A stretch of DNA of 64,000 nucleotides from Octopus bimaculoides (taxonomy: Eukaryota). Of this stretch, positions 10,886-23,600 are shown piece after piece. The stretch is taken from assembly GCF_001194135.2 (NCBI RefSeq), contig NC_068984.1:85642771-85706770 (forward strand), written 5' to 3'. The stretch's first letter is position 1. Each line of letters opens with the position of its first letter. The position numbers and the translations under genes were made by a program. A model generated the notes under the pieces. The model saw only the letters and a list, made by a program, of their open reading frames with translations, was not told the DNA's origin and did no database searches.

Positions 10886-13599
10886 AACAGTCCTACACAC
10901 AGTTTACATCTTCCCAGTCCCACTCACAAGGCTGAGGTTTATCAAGTCTATGGCAGCATGTGATTTGCAAGCCAACTTTTTTGACAACTATTGGAGCATG
11001 AAGCACTCCACAAAACTGCAGGTTCATGAGATGGTTGTGATCTGTAAACAGTTTTGAGTGGGACCTGGAAAGAGATGTATGAACATACAGTGCATATGTG
11101 CACACTGAATTTGTAAAACAGAAGAGAAGAATACAGATGCAATGCACATGTCAAAATAAAACGGAAGAGAATATAAATGCAATGTCAAACAAGTCATATG
11201 ATGGTCTACATGCCATGTCTGACACCACTATCATGCAGCTTTGTTGCCGTTTTCTTGTTTAGCCACACCACACAGTTTGAACAGCTTGAAAGAGTACGAT
11301 GTAGTAAAGAAGATGATTAAAAAGTGTATGTAGCTTTGAGAGGCATCATTTATGTATTGATTGATCGATATTGAGGAAGTACAAAGTCTGAAAAATTTAT
11401 TTGCATACACTTCTGGAACCCTGGCCATGGAGTTAAGAAGTTCTTTTCATAACTCCATGGTACTGCTGCATTTCATCCAATTATGCAACATTTTCAGCAA
11501 GTGTCTTTCTTCTATAGTCTCACCTGGCACAAGCATTGTGAGTAAAATTAGGTAATAAGGAGAAACTCTGCAGATTCGTCAGATTGATTGTACCTGGCTG
11601 CTGGGTGCCTTTAATAGGAAGGTCACTTTGTTGCAAGTGTTTTGATCAAGTTTCCACACTGAGGACCTGTAGTGGTTTCTCCTTCCTCTCTGCTTTCTGT
11701 AGTGTGGCCTAGTGGTTAAGGAGTGGGCTCACAATCATAAGTTCATGAGTTTGATCCCTGGATTGAGTTATTTATTTTTTTTGTCTTGGGGGCAGATGCT
11801 TCACTTCATTTCATGTTGTCCCAGTCTGAAAATGCTGCACCAGTAGTTGGCTGATGCAGTACCTTCTCTCTTGCTTCCCACAACCTCTGTGTGTCACTGA
11901 GTCAAAGAACAGGGGAATCAAGAGGATGTCTATGCCTGCTCACAACTATGTAGGGATCTATGTGTATGCTACCAAGCCATACTTACATGCGAGTGAGAGC
12001 TTTTATTTTTTAAATCTTTTCTTTGTTTCGGTCATTGAGTTTTCAATCAAGCAAATCGACCCCTAATGCTTTTTTTTTTTTAAAGTCTGGTATNNNNNNN
12101 NNNNNNNNNNNNNNNNNNNNNNNNNNNNNNNNNNNNNNNNNNNNNNNNNNNNNNNNNNNNNNNNNNNNNNNNNNNNNNNNNNNNNNNNNNNNNNNNNNNN
12201 NNNNNNNNNNNNNNNNNNNNNNNNNNNNNNNNNNNNNNNNNNNNNNNNNNNNNNNNNNNNNNNNNNNNNNNNNNNNNNNNNNNNNNNNNNNNNNNNNNNN
12301 NNNTTTTATTTAGTTTGTGCCTTAATGTGAACTTATTTTGTTTTAAATATCTGGCCCAAATATTCTACCTGTTTTATGTTTATACTGGTCAGGTCTGGCC
12401 TGTCTCATTTACCCACTAAAAGCAAACAATCGTATCACTGAAATCCTGAAGCTACAAGATATTACATGATTAATTCAAAACAATGTGAATAAATAAGCAT
12501 TACATTTGACAGTAATATGAATACAAAAGGGTTAACTATTGATATTCAATTTTTTCTAAGGCTTTTTTATTAGTTTTTTTTTTTTGGTGGGGATGGGGGC
12601 GAGTGGTTTCATCTTTAGTGAAAAAAGATCATTAAACTACAAAGGGTTAGTAAATTAGAAATAGAATTTGTAGGTATTCTAAATGACTTCAAAAAAAGTG
12701 CCATAGATTAAGATGTCACTTGGAAAGGAAATGAATAGGAAGTCAATATAGAAAGACAAAGGTTGAAAAAAAAAAAAAGAAGAAAAACTCTTATCTAAAA
12801 TCCAAGGAATAAAAAGCTGGTAAAATGAAAGAAAAGAAATATAATTCTCTTATTATTCATTGCCATCATTGAAGTGCAGTGATGCCGTGGTAAGGAGGCA
12901 CCACCTTCCATAGTGCTGTCATTTCAATGTTGTACTTATTTTATTGAATTCTGTCAAGGGGGCAAATTACTTTGTGTATGTGTTTGTGAGAGAGAGAGAG
13001 AGAAACAAACAAACAGACAAAATGTCACTTTATCTGAATTAATGTTCCCTTGATGACAAGTTTGATGCAGTGTTTATTTCAGTCTGCTACTTACTTTATC
13101 CATCTCCATTTACCTAACTGCTAGGTTGCAGGACATAAAGCTACACAGCTTAAACATGCATGCATGCACGCACGCACGCACACACACACACGCGCGCACA
13201 CACAGTAGTTTGTGTGTGTGCAAAGGAACAAATTTCCACAACTTAATTATTTAGAGACAAAATACATTGCAATATTTTTTTGTTTTTTTCACCCAGCTTT
13301 GCCTCTAAGCTTTCTAGGATTGATAAAATAAGAACTATTGGTCTTGATTAAACTAACTACACTTCTTCCTTCTCTACTGCAAAAACAATTGTTGCTTTAT
13401 GTTCATCATAATCATCTTTATAATTTTACATCCACTTTCCATGCTGGCATGGGTTGGACAAGTTATTTCTTTTCTAGATAGCTTTGCTCATAAGTTTCAT
13501 TTGTGTTTTTCCTCCAGGCTTTGTATGACTGAGAGAGGCCAATGCCAGTGTCACATAAATAGCACCCATGCCGGAAGCATGTAAAAAGCACTGTTCAAA

Positions 13600-13884
13600 C
13601 GTTTGGCCTCATAGAGGCAGTGACAAGTGACCAAGACCTCTGGCGATAAACCGTGCTTGAGAAGACCTGTCAAACCAAGTGAGATTGTAGTCATGGTTGA
13701 TGCCAGTGGCATGTAAAAAGCACCCACTACACTTTTGGAGTAGTTGGCATTAGGAAGGGCATCCAGCCATAGAAACTATACCAAATCAGATTGGAACCTG
13801 GTGCAGACCCCCAGCTTACCAGTTTTCAGTCAAACTGCCCAACTCATACCAGCATGGAAAACAGATATTAGATGATGATGATGA
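13600..13884 (+). mobile_element. RTE ORF end + 3' UTR with (GAT)n tail
   Basis: gaccaagacctctggcga...gagaagacctgtcaa (RTE terminal codons), then the shared tail ending gatgatgatgat. Confidence 0.75.
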
Positions 13885-14435
13885 CAACACTAGAAGTCAC
13901 AATTAAAAGGTCCTCTTTACCACAAACTTGACACAGTGTAATGAGGGCATTGTATCATAAAGAAGGGGAGAGGTGAGAGAATGATGAATGGAAGTACATA
14001 AATGATGAGAGAAAATGATGGATGTCAATGCTAAATGGCCAGGGTGTAACTGTGTGTGGGCTATATGTAAACCTGTTGTAATCCTTTATGCATATGTCTT
14101 GAGATGCATGAGAGAGCTAGGGTAATAAAATAAAGAAGAGAGTGTGGAGTGTTGTAGAAACTATGAGATGGGTCGAATGTCATCCCTAGTTACATTGGAA
14201 GCAGTGTACAGTGAACAGAAGAGATACACTGTTATCATTAGTCACATCTGCCTATTTTACAAGTAATTATCTAAATGGCAAAATTTGTTGGCTTCTTTGT
14301 TTCTTTTTTCTTTTATTTCTATTTATCTATCAGTAATTTTCAATTTAAAATCTAATTACAGGTGTGATTTGATAGCTGAAAATTTACAACAAACATCATA
14401 TTTGAAGAAACCTAAAAACCACATTCCTGTAAGAG

Positions 14436-14511
14436 ATGAAGATTGCAGTACTGCTAGCAACAAACTTCATATTTTTGTTGACAGTACATCATGTATCTGC
14501 TCAATGGGATG
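14436..14511 (+). CDS. Nrg: coding exon 1: signal peptide MKIAVLLATNFIFLLTVHHVSA|QWD
   Basis: ATG at 14436 with in-frame TAA at 14430. Hydrophobic core and VSA cleavage motif. Acceptor ttacag at 14361 (UTR part 14362-14435); donor G|gtatgt, phase 1. Confidence 0.85.
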
Positions 14512-17500
14512 GTATGTATGTGGCATATTTAATTTTATTTTACATAGCAATTGATAAAGAATAGCAGCATTGGTTATTAGTTTTTGATGAGTCAAACATA
14601 GGTTCCTTGCATTTACAATGATGAGGGTGACAAGGAAGAGTCTATTTAATTCAGTCAACTCAGGTGAAACAAATACCACTCATAGCATTTTGATCCAAAT
14701 GCATTTTTTATTTTTGTTGTTTTTTTTTAAATATCAGTTTACTTATATTTTTCCCTTTCTTACTTTCACCATACTGATGTGAAGTATATTTAGAAAGTTT
14801 TGTGCTTGATTTAGAAATTATTATGCAGTAAAAAAAAAGCAACTATTTAGTTTATTTTGGCAAGTATGGGAAGCAACTCTGGACATGTTTAAGTCTTATT
14901 AAAACCACCTCAACAAAGTATAGTCTTTGTCATATTTGCCCAAAAAGTGGCACAAGAATAACTAGGTAGCTATGTAGAAGCAAATTTCTTGACCACACAA
15001 CTATGTCTTCTGTTTTTTTTAAATATTTATTTGCGTTATTGTCTTTGTATACTTGGTAGAATTGGCAGATTGTTAGACAAAGTCCCTCTTTATATTCTGA
15101 GTTCAAATCCAGACAAGGTTGATATTTTTACCTTTTTGTCCTTTTCAGAATTCATAAAATAAGTACCAGTTAACTATTAAGTGTGGCAGGGGGATCGATA
15201 TAGTTGAGTATACTCTACTTGATCCTTGTATGTAACCATATGTGTTATGTTTTAAATTGTTATCAAAGATAGAAATTGGCTGGTAGAAAATCACAAACTA
15301 ATGGGCCAAATGGACTGTGTTTGTTGTTTAACTATGTCCCTCTATTCTCCCTTTCAGCCTTTTGATGGGGGTTGATAAAATCAGTAATTTAACTATGGAG
15401 ACATGAAAGAGGGTCTACATAGGTTGTTGAGACTGAATTAGAGTATGTTTCAAGAAAGAATTTGCTGTTCTATTAGCAGACCTAACTCTCTGATTTGCTT
15501 GTAGATATTAAGTTTTGCTCTATCGTAAGTTATCTAGAAAATCATGATGATTTAAATGTTGTTGCTGTTTAGGTGCTTGCCAACCCTAATTGAGTTCATG
15601 TATGGTAGATGTATGATGTTCATTAAGCATCAGCTGAACCTTGGATGTCTTGAGTAGAGTTCATTTAGGTGTGACGATGGTATGATCGAATTGCACTGTT
15701 TCCTATTGCAACAGCTTACCAACTGTTGTTTCTTCCTCCTTTTCCTTGCCACTAGTCTTGTTAGAGATGAAGAAAGCTATCAAGGGCTTCCTTTTCTTAA
15801 GTCATAAAAAAAAATGAGTAATAATCTGATATTATAGGCGCAGGAGCGGTTGTGTGGTAAGTAGCTTGCTTACCAACCACATGGTTCCGGGTTCAGTCCC
15901 ACTGCGTGGTACTTAGGGCAAATGTCTTCTACTATAGCCTCGGGCTGACCAAAGCCTTGTGAGTGGATTTGGTAGATGGAAACTAAAAGAAGCCTGTCGT
16001 ATATATGTATATATATATATGTGTGTTTGTGTTTGTCCCCCCAACATCGCTTGACAACCGATGCTGGTGTGTTTAGGTCCCCGTAACTTAGCGGTTCGGC
16101 AAAAAGAGACCGATAGAATAAGTACTAGGCTTATGGCGGTGCTCCGGCATGGCTGCAGTCAAATGACTGAAACAAATAAAAGAGTAAAAGAGAAAGAGAG
16201 TATTCTTGTCAAGCATTAGTATATCTAGAACTACGTTATTGAATCTGTTTATCCTTTTATAAGACAAGGTGAAATATGGGCAATATTTAACTGGTGTGTC
16301 TGGCAGATAAGATGTCTCATAGAAGTGCACTTATTGGAACCAGAGATTTTATATTTGTTAGACTAATAGAATTGTGTGTTAACCCATGCAGATTTCTTTG
16401 TCAAATGAAATGCTTATTTATTCACATTGTTTGAATTGATCACACATTATTTTGTAGCTTCAAAATTTCAATTGTTGTGTTTGTATATTTTTAGAATGAC
16501 ATTGTATGGTAGGTGTGAGAGGTTGGATCTGGTCAGTTTTAACATAAAACTGGTATAATATTTGGGCAGAATTTGGCTAGATTAAATGCTAAAGGGTTAA
16601 AACAAAAACAGAATCTTCTTTAGCTTCACCATAGACATTATAACTGTCTTGTTCAAACATATGTATTCTTGTGGTAAAGTATTAGTTGCCAGAATGAAAA
16701 AGATATTGAAAAAATTGAATGAGATGTTACTCCATTGAAAAGAAAGCATGCCTTTCTTTGTGTGAAAGACTGACTATGTAAAGCACATGTATGAAAAGTA
16801 TTGCTGAGTAATAGTGAGTAGATTGAATGTGGGTAATCTATGAAAACTGCAGAGAAATGAGGTGGACATGATCTGTTGAATATGAAATTTTATGTTGCAT
16901 GAAAATTTAGTAAATTGAGAGAAGCTTGATAGTAAAGACCTCATCTGAAGTATGTTGTGGTATGGATATATGATGCAAATGGTTTGTGGATGCAAGGCAA
17001 GAAAATGCTATGTATAATATCAATAAAGGCTACTTGTGACAGAAAGATGTCAGAAGAATTGAGTGAGTTACATCACAAGAAAATACTGGTGTTGATAGAT
17101 CTAATGGAGGACTGAGTCAAGATTAATATACTTTACAAAGGACCCATCCAACACAGGCCAGCATTGAAAAACAGTATGGTGAACACAATTTTAGCTTTGG
17201 TCTTCTGTCTGAATTCATATGCTGGGGAGGGGGTGTACTGTTTTCTTACCCATTACTTAAAATAACAATGAATTTGTACTTGATCCAAAGGTAAGTTGTA
17301 TTTTGTATGATCTGATCTCCTTTATGTATTAATGACTTTGTTTAATTTTCCCCTTCAACAGCTCTATCCACAGGTATGTTTTTAGGCATGACATACAAAG
17401 GGTTTTGGATCCTTTTTTAGTTGTTTCATAGTAGCTTACTATTTTAGTGAATTTTTAAGTCATTTAAATATATAATTTCCTGCATGTACCCACTGAATAC

Positions 17501-17593
17501 ACCTTTTCTTTGTTTATCACTTTATTTTATTTAAATACTAACCTATTTACTGGTTGGTGGTGGTGGTGGTGATGATGGTGGTGGTGGTGGTGG

Positions 17594-17624
<31 letters not shown>

Positions 17625-20600
17625 CGTCTTTGGCTTGTTTACTATAAATGAAATGTTGTATACATGTAAACTCATGACTATTTATTAATAATTGCAATAG
17701 CTTAATCTAGGAATAGTTCTGATACTACTGTAAGATTTGCTAACAGATGTGATATATATGGGACAAAAGTAAAGACTCAAAGATAAGGTTAAAAAAAAAG
17801 AAAACGGTGTATTAGGCTGATGCTCAGGAAAATTGGATGAAGTCTTTAATACTTCAAGCATACACTCTTTTACAGAAAGGCTAAATGAGGAGAGTAAAAA
17901 ATAAGAAAAAAGACAAACATCTCTCAGACAGAGTCGCTGATTATATTTATATCTTTAGCCATGTTTAAAAGATGTGGCATGCCTAAACATCTCTTATCAT
18001 GATTAACAGGAAATGTGATTACCTATACTTTACATGCCTTACAACTGTCATGTACTTATATATCTATTGTGATATTTAGAAAGAGGTGACGCCCTCTGTC
18101 ATCCTAGCCTGTTCAACAAAGAGTGTGGCATGTCTATGCATCTCATCATGTTTAACAGGAAATGTGATGTGTTTATACATTTGTGTTTAAAGCATGTGAT
18201 ATGCCTGTATGTCTAACATATTTAACTGGAGGCCTTGTGTGCTTATAATCTTTAGTCGTGTTTAGCAGTAGATGTAAATGTGCCTATACATGTCAGTCAT
18301 ACCATTGTAGAATTAATTCATGCCGCCATCATTTTACATATAATATATATAAAAAGCAAAGAACACAACTTCATCATAGACAGATTCTATCATATAGCCT
18401 GACTTTGATCAGTATCCTCCCAACTAAACATTTTTGAACGCTTGGATATTGGCAATCATCTTCTCACTGATCTTCTGGAATTTCATTGCTTTGTGCTGCC
18501 TCTACCCTCATTTCATTATTTTTATGTTGCTTCTGCTGTCACAAAATTGCTGTATGCTGCTTCTACTATCATAATATCACTGCTTCTAATTGTTGCATTA
18601 AAAAAATAATGGTACGATTTTCACTGCTACAGTTGCGACCATCTGTCATAGTTCCTTATAAATAAAACCTGAAATTCTGGGCAGTTCTGCCCCATCATCA
18701 AAGCCTATACTTTTGGAGAAACTTTGTGTCATTTCTCGTTGTTGTTAAACTCTGTTGTGTGTATGGAGGGATGGGGTCCCCACTGCAGCAAGTCCCACTC
18801 CCTCTTCTCTCTCAGTCATACACATGCCCCACATCTCTCATTGCTCTTAAAATAAACAGGTACTGTTTGTTTTGTTTTTTTAAATTTTCCTTTATGAAGT
18901 TCAGATGGCCTCTGGTAAAAGGGCATGAATGATTTATACATTTAGGTTGTTATGTGTACAACATTACTGTTTCCAGGTAGTGATTTCTTTCTCTCTATTA
19001 CTACCCTCACTCTACCTCCCAGTTAACATCATCCTTCTCTGCTCTTAGGTTAACCCTCTCTTCTACTCATGCTTTCTAGATTCCACAGGACATAGCACAT
19101 CAGCTGGAAATTCAATGCCTCTGTTTAGATATTGCAAACTACCATAGTTCACCTGTTTCAACTTTGATTCTCTTAATTAATCCTCATTAACAACACAAAC
19201 TTATAAAACTTCCCATTTCCTGTGCTATTTAATCTAATTGGCTACCTACATAAGCAACAGGGTTTGTAAAGATGGCTGAACAGCTTTAAAATTACAAAGA
19301 GACAAAGATTGTATATGTTTTCAAAATGAAATCCTGACTTCAATTCTTTAGAATGATTTCTAAATGAAACTCTCCCTAGCTGTATAGAAATACACATTGA
19401 ATGGACACCAATGCAAAGTTTCACATTGTATTCATTCAACAATAATGCATTTCTGTAAATGCTAGATCTAGTGATTTCAACCTATTTTTGTAACTCAGCA
19501 TCCAACTTTCACCAAATGCTATTTTACAACTCCTCCCCCATTCCCCCATGGTTTTCTAGAAATAATAAACAAAAACAGATCATTTTAATCCAACTGAAGA
19601 TAATTTTGCATGATGGTTTGTTATTCATGTTTACATGTACCCTCCCATCTAGTATGTGTTTCTCTTTACATATTTGCATGGAGTAGTTCTCCTATGTTAA
19701 ATTTTTATGGAAGTTGCTAAAGAACATGAGGACCTGTGTATTACAAAATTGTATTGAACCATGACATCATATCATTGGTCAGGTTTCTACTCACTGAAAA
19801 CACAATGTCCTATTCATATTTTAATCTTAAAGATATTTTTGATAATGGATTTAAAGTAGACTTATAGACCAGGTTCAAATAGCTTTAACCCTTTTGTTAC
19901 CAAATTTTTGTTGAGATGCTCTGTTTCTTTCAATCAATTTTAGATATACTAAAGAATTTAGTAAAATAACTTAGTTATCATTAAGCTAGTGTTAGGAACA
20001 TGAATTGTGACTAAGGTTTGGGGGAAAATTTTAATTCAAAACTTTTGAAAACAAGACATTTGTACTACAGAGCTAGACACAGTTTCAAGCAGACTGGTAT
20101 CAAAAGGGTTAAGGAAAATCATGACTTACTCTGTACACCCAGTACCACCAATAACATCCTTTTGATGTTTGTCACTCCTTTGTGGGCTGACAATACTCTC
20201 AAAGAGACATAACCACTCAGCTTGAGAAACCACCTCTCAAATCCACAAACAGTTGCTCAGTCTTGCCACAAATATAACCTTAAACATCTTCTGAACAATA
20301 ACTACAAGTTACCAAATGAACTTATGGTATTTATTCATGTATAATGTGAGATATTTTAACATAAACAAAAGTCAAAATTGGCAGGTAGCATTATACTCAA
20401 GTGTAAAAAGATAAAAAGTGGATGAAATATATGTTATTGCTTCTTAGATACAAAAATAGGAGTCAAATTATTTCAGAGATTACATTGTATACAGAGTAAA
20501 TTCAGTAGTAGTCTTTTCTGTCTTTATTTTCTCTTTAAAAAAATCCTTCCCAATTTTTCTCCCTCTCTCCCTCAACAAAGCATTCTCTCATCTATTTCCT

Positions 20601-23600
20601 TCTGTACTCTCCACTTGCAGCTAATATTGCTCTTAGATTACTGACTGACTGAATGAATGGTTCACTCACTCACTCATTCCCTCACACTTCATAAATATTA
20701 CCAGCACATTTATGACAATGTGCACATTTGATTGTTCATCATTTTAGCTGGCTTGAAAATACCTTTACTCCCAAAGTTCCCCACCAAAGGTTTTCATTGT
20801 TTATGACACAAAGAAAAGTTGTACTTATAGTAGCTGTCATCGTTGTTGTTTCACGGCCTTGCAAACTTTATTTTTTGCAATAAAGGTTACTCACAGGCAA
20901 GTAATTAGGTTGTAAAAATCAAATTTTTGTAAAATAGAACTTCATGAATATTGCTTGTTCTAAGTGTTATTGCTTTCGGGTTTTTTGTGATTTAAAAAAA
21001 ATCAATTTTTTTCTTTTTTTTCAATTCTCTTTTTGCATTTCATTGTGTTGATATGAAGCACATTCAGAAAGTTTAGTCAGTGTTAACATACTTGATATAG
21101 TAAAAATTAAAATATCTAACTAAGATTAATTGTGCAATAAGGAAAAGACAATATTAACACCGTACCTAACATTATTTTAAGTATATCAGCAAATACAGGA
21201 GGCAACTTCAGCCTGGTTTTAGTCTTATTAGACCTCCACAGTAAAGAATAGACTTCACTGTGTTTACTACAGACAGTGGTAAAAGTTTAACTAAGTTGTA
21301 TAACATTATACATGAATAGCATGAAAAATTAACATTTTAAGAAAGAAAAAAAGTCACAGATTAATTACCCAGAGATGCCATCCATGTGAAAAAACAATAT
21401 TTAAGTTGGTGTTAATATATTTAATATAGTGAGCATTATTATTAAAGAATGATTACTGCTGACCATGATGCTACAGTGTTGGCTTGCTTGTCTAAGATCG
21501 GACAGTAAATACTGTGTGCCTACCCTAACCAAAGCACTTGATGGCAGTGCTATGTTCATCTCATTCTCTTCTGTACAGCCTTTTTTTTTATGCTTAGTCA
21601 AAGGATAAAAGGTCATACCTTTGCCTCTTTTACTAGACCACTGATAGGAGGTGTAGAGTAGGAAACCACAACTCATGGCTTGCTCATGGAAGCAGTGCAG
21701 AAAGACCACCATACAGCTGGTCCAAATGTTTACGGCTGTGTAGATTCAGCTAAAAGCATCAGTTACCAGTTAATCAATTGTAACTACAGTGATAATGATT
21801 TTATCAGCTACTTTGTTCCCATGATCCTTTGCTGCCTATTACATTAATGTAACAGGAATGAGGCCACTATCCCCAATTCATTCAGAAGATGTGATTGAGA
21901 AGTCTTAAATCATTAATTAGGAACATTATTGTCTCAAACTGAATGTAAAGGACTAAGGAAATATTTTTTTAAATGTCATAAATAAAAAGGATGAAACAGG
22001 AACACCATTGTATCTCTAACCCCTTTAGCATTCAGATTACTCTGTCAAATGCAATGCATATTTATTCATATTATTTTCAATTAATCATGTATTATCTTGG
22101 AAACTTGAGATTTCAATGATGTAATTGTTTATCTCAAAGATGACATTGTAAGATAGGTGTGAGAAACCAAGTCTGGTTGGTTTGAACATAAAACTGGTAG
22201 AATATTTGGGTTGGATATGGCTGCTTTAAATGCTAAAGGGTTCATAAAACATGACTGAAAATAAAGTTGTACTTTTCGTGTGTATGCACGTGTGTGTGTA
22301 TTTACTAGAAGGACAGAGAGATGTATAATCATCTTATCCAAAACTTCAGTTAATGCATGTTGAGTGTAAAAGTAGATGTTTTCTGATACACTGGATTTTG
22401 GCATAACAAAATGAGTTGTGGAACGAGACGAGGTTAGTCACGTCTCACTTTAATCCTTGGCTTATCAATTTAGAAAAAAATTAAGGAGATAAGATAAATT
22501 AAAGTTAATCTGTTTGCTTTCCAGACTTGTCTATCAGCTCAGTTATTGAGGAATAATAGGTCAAAAATTAAAAGTATGTAACAAAAGGTAGTATGTTAGT
22601 AAATTTTCAGTATGAGACAAGCAACCAAACACCTTGTCTTATTCTAGCCATTGTTTAATGTCTCTGGACAAAGCATATAATTCTGTATGGCATAAAGTCA
22701 ATTATGCCCTAGTGTGGCCTTAGCTCTTAATGGCTACAACAAACTAAGGAAGTAAAGGAACACAATTTTTTTATATATATAAAAAAAAAATCAATACCCT
22801 GCCTTGACTTCATGGATCACTGATTAGGGCTATGACAAAACATTCAGCAGTATTTGTTTTGGAATTTTGAATTTAAAAAAAAGAAAGGTATATATTACAG
22901 AACAGAAAATCCATTGCTAGCACATAACAACAAATATTTTTTTGAATTATAAATTTCAGCCAAATATTTCAAAAGTATTTAGAATATTTCCGTTATGTAA
23001 CTATTTTTAATATGATGGCGATGTACATAAAATTTTTTTTTTTTTTTTCATAAATTTTTTTTATGTATAAAGATACTCATAACCTTGTTGTTTTCCCTAA
23101 TATTCTTTCAGTACGAGAATCACCAGTTATCAAAGATACCTTTCCTGACAAAACATTCTATGTTAACCAGAAACTTACAACCTTTTGGCAAATTAACTAC
23201 CCATGTGAAGTCAGCAAGGGAAAACCAGAACCTAGGTGAGTATAACTGTGTCTGTGTGTGTGATATAAATCATTGTTGTCAACTTTATCTTGTATCAGAG
23301 AATTTACCTTCTTCTTTGCTGAATGCTTCCATTATGACGATGACATTGCTGACTTTGTAAACCAATTCTTGCATAGAGGAGTTGATGGCATTGACTGCAT
23401 GGAAATGTTGGTGAAGGACTAAGTTGATTTTGTTGAGCCTTCTTCTCTTGTCATTTGATTTCTTCCTTTTCTCTTCTGATAACTTTGAAGTTTTTGGTTC
23501 TGATGGTAATGGAAGACCACCACTCAGTACAGTCACAGGCTTGTGTTTCAAATGATTTAGATTCAATTTCAGTGGCTTTTAGTATTGCTTTGAGTTGGTC

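Noticed and set aside
1-14361. Promoter and first non-coding exon of the gene
   Set aside because: The acceptor at 14361 implies an upstream exon, but no candidate can be supported from sequence alone.
17195-17290. Strong donor AAG|GTAAGT at 17290 as an additional exon or alternative start
   Set aside because: The only plausible acceptor (17194) gives an in-frame TAA, and the nearby ATG is out of frame with Ig1. A recursive splice site cannot be excluded, but the pyrimidine tract is weak.
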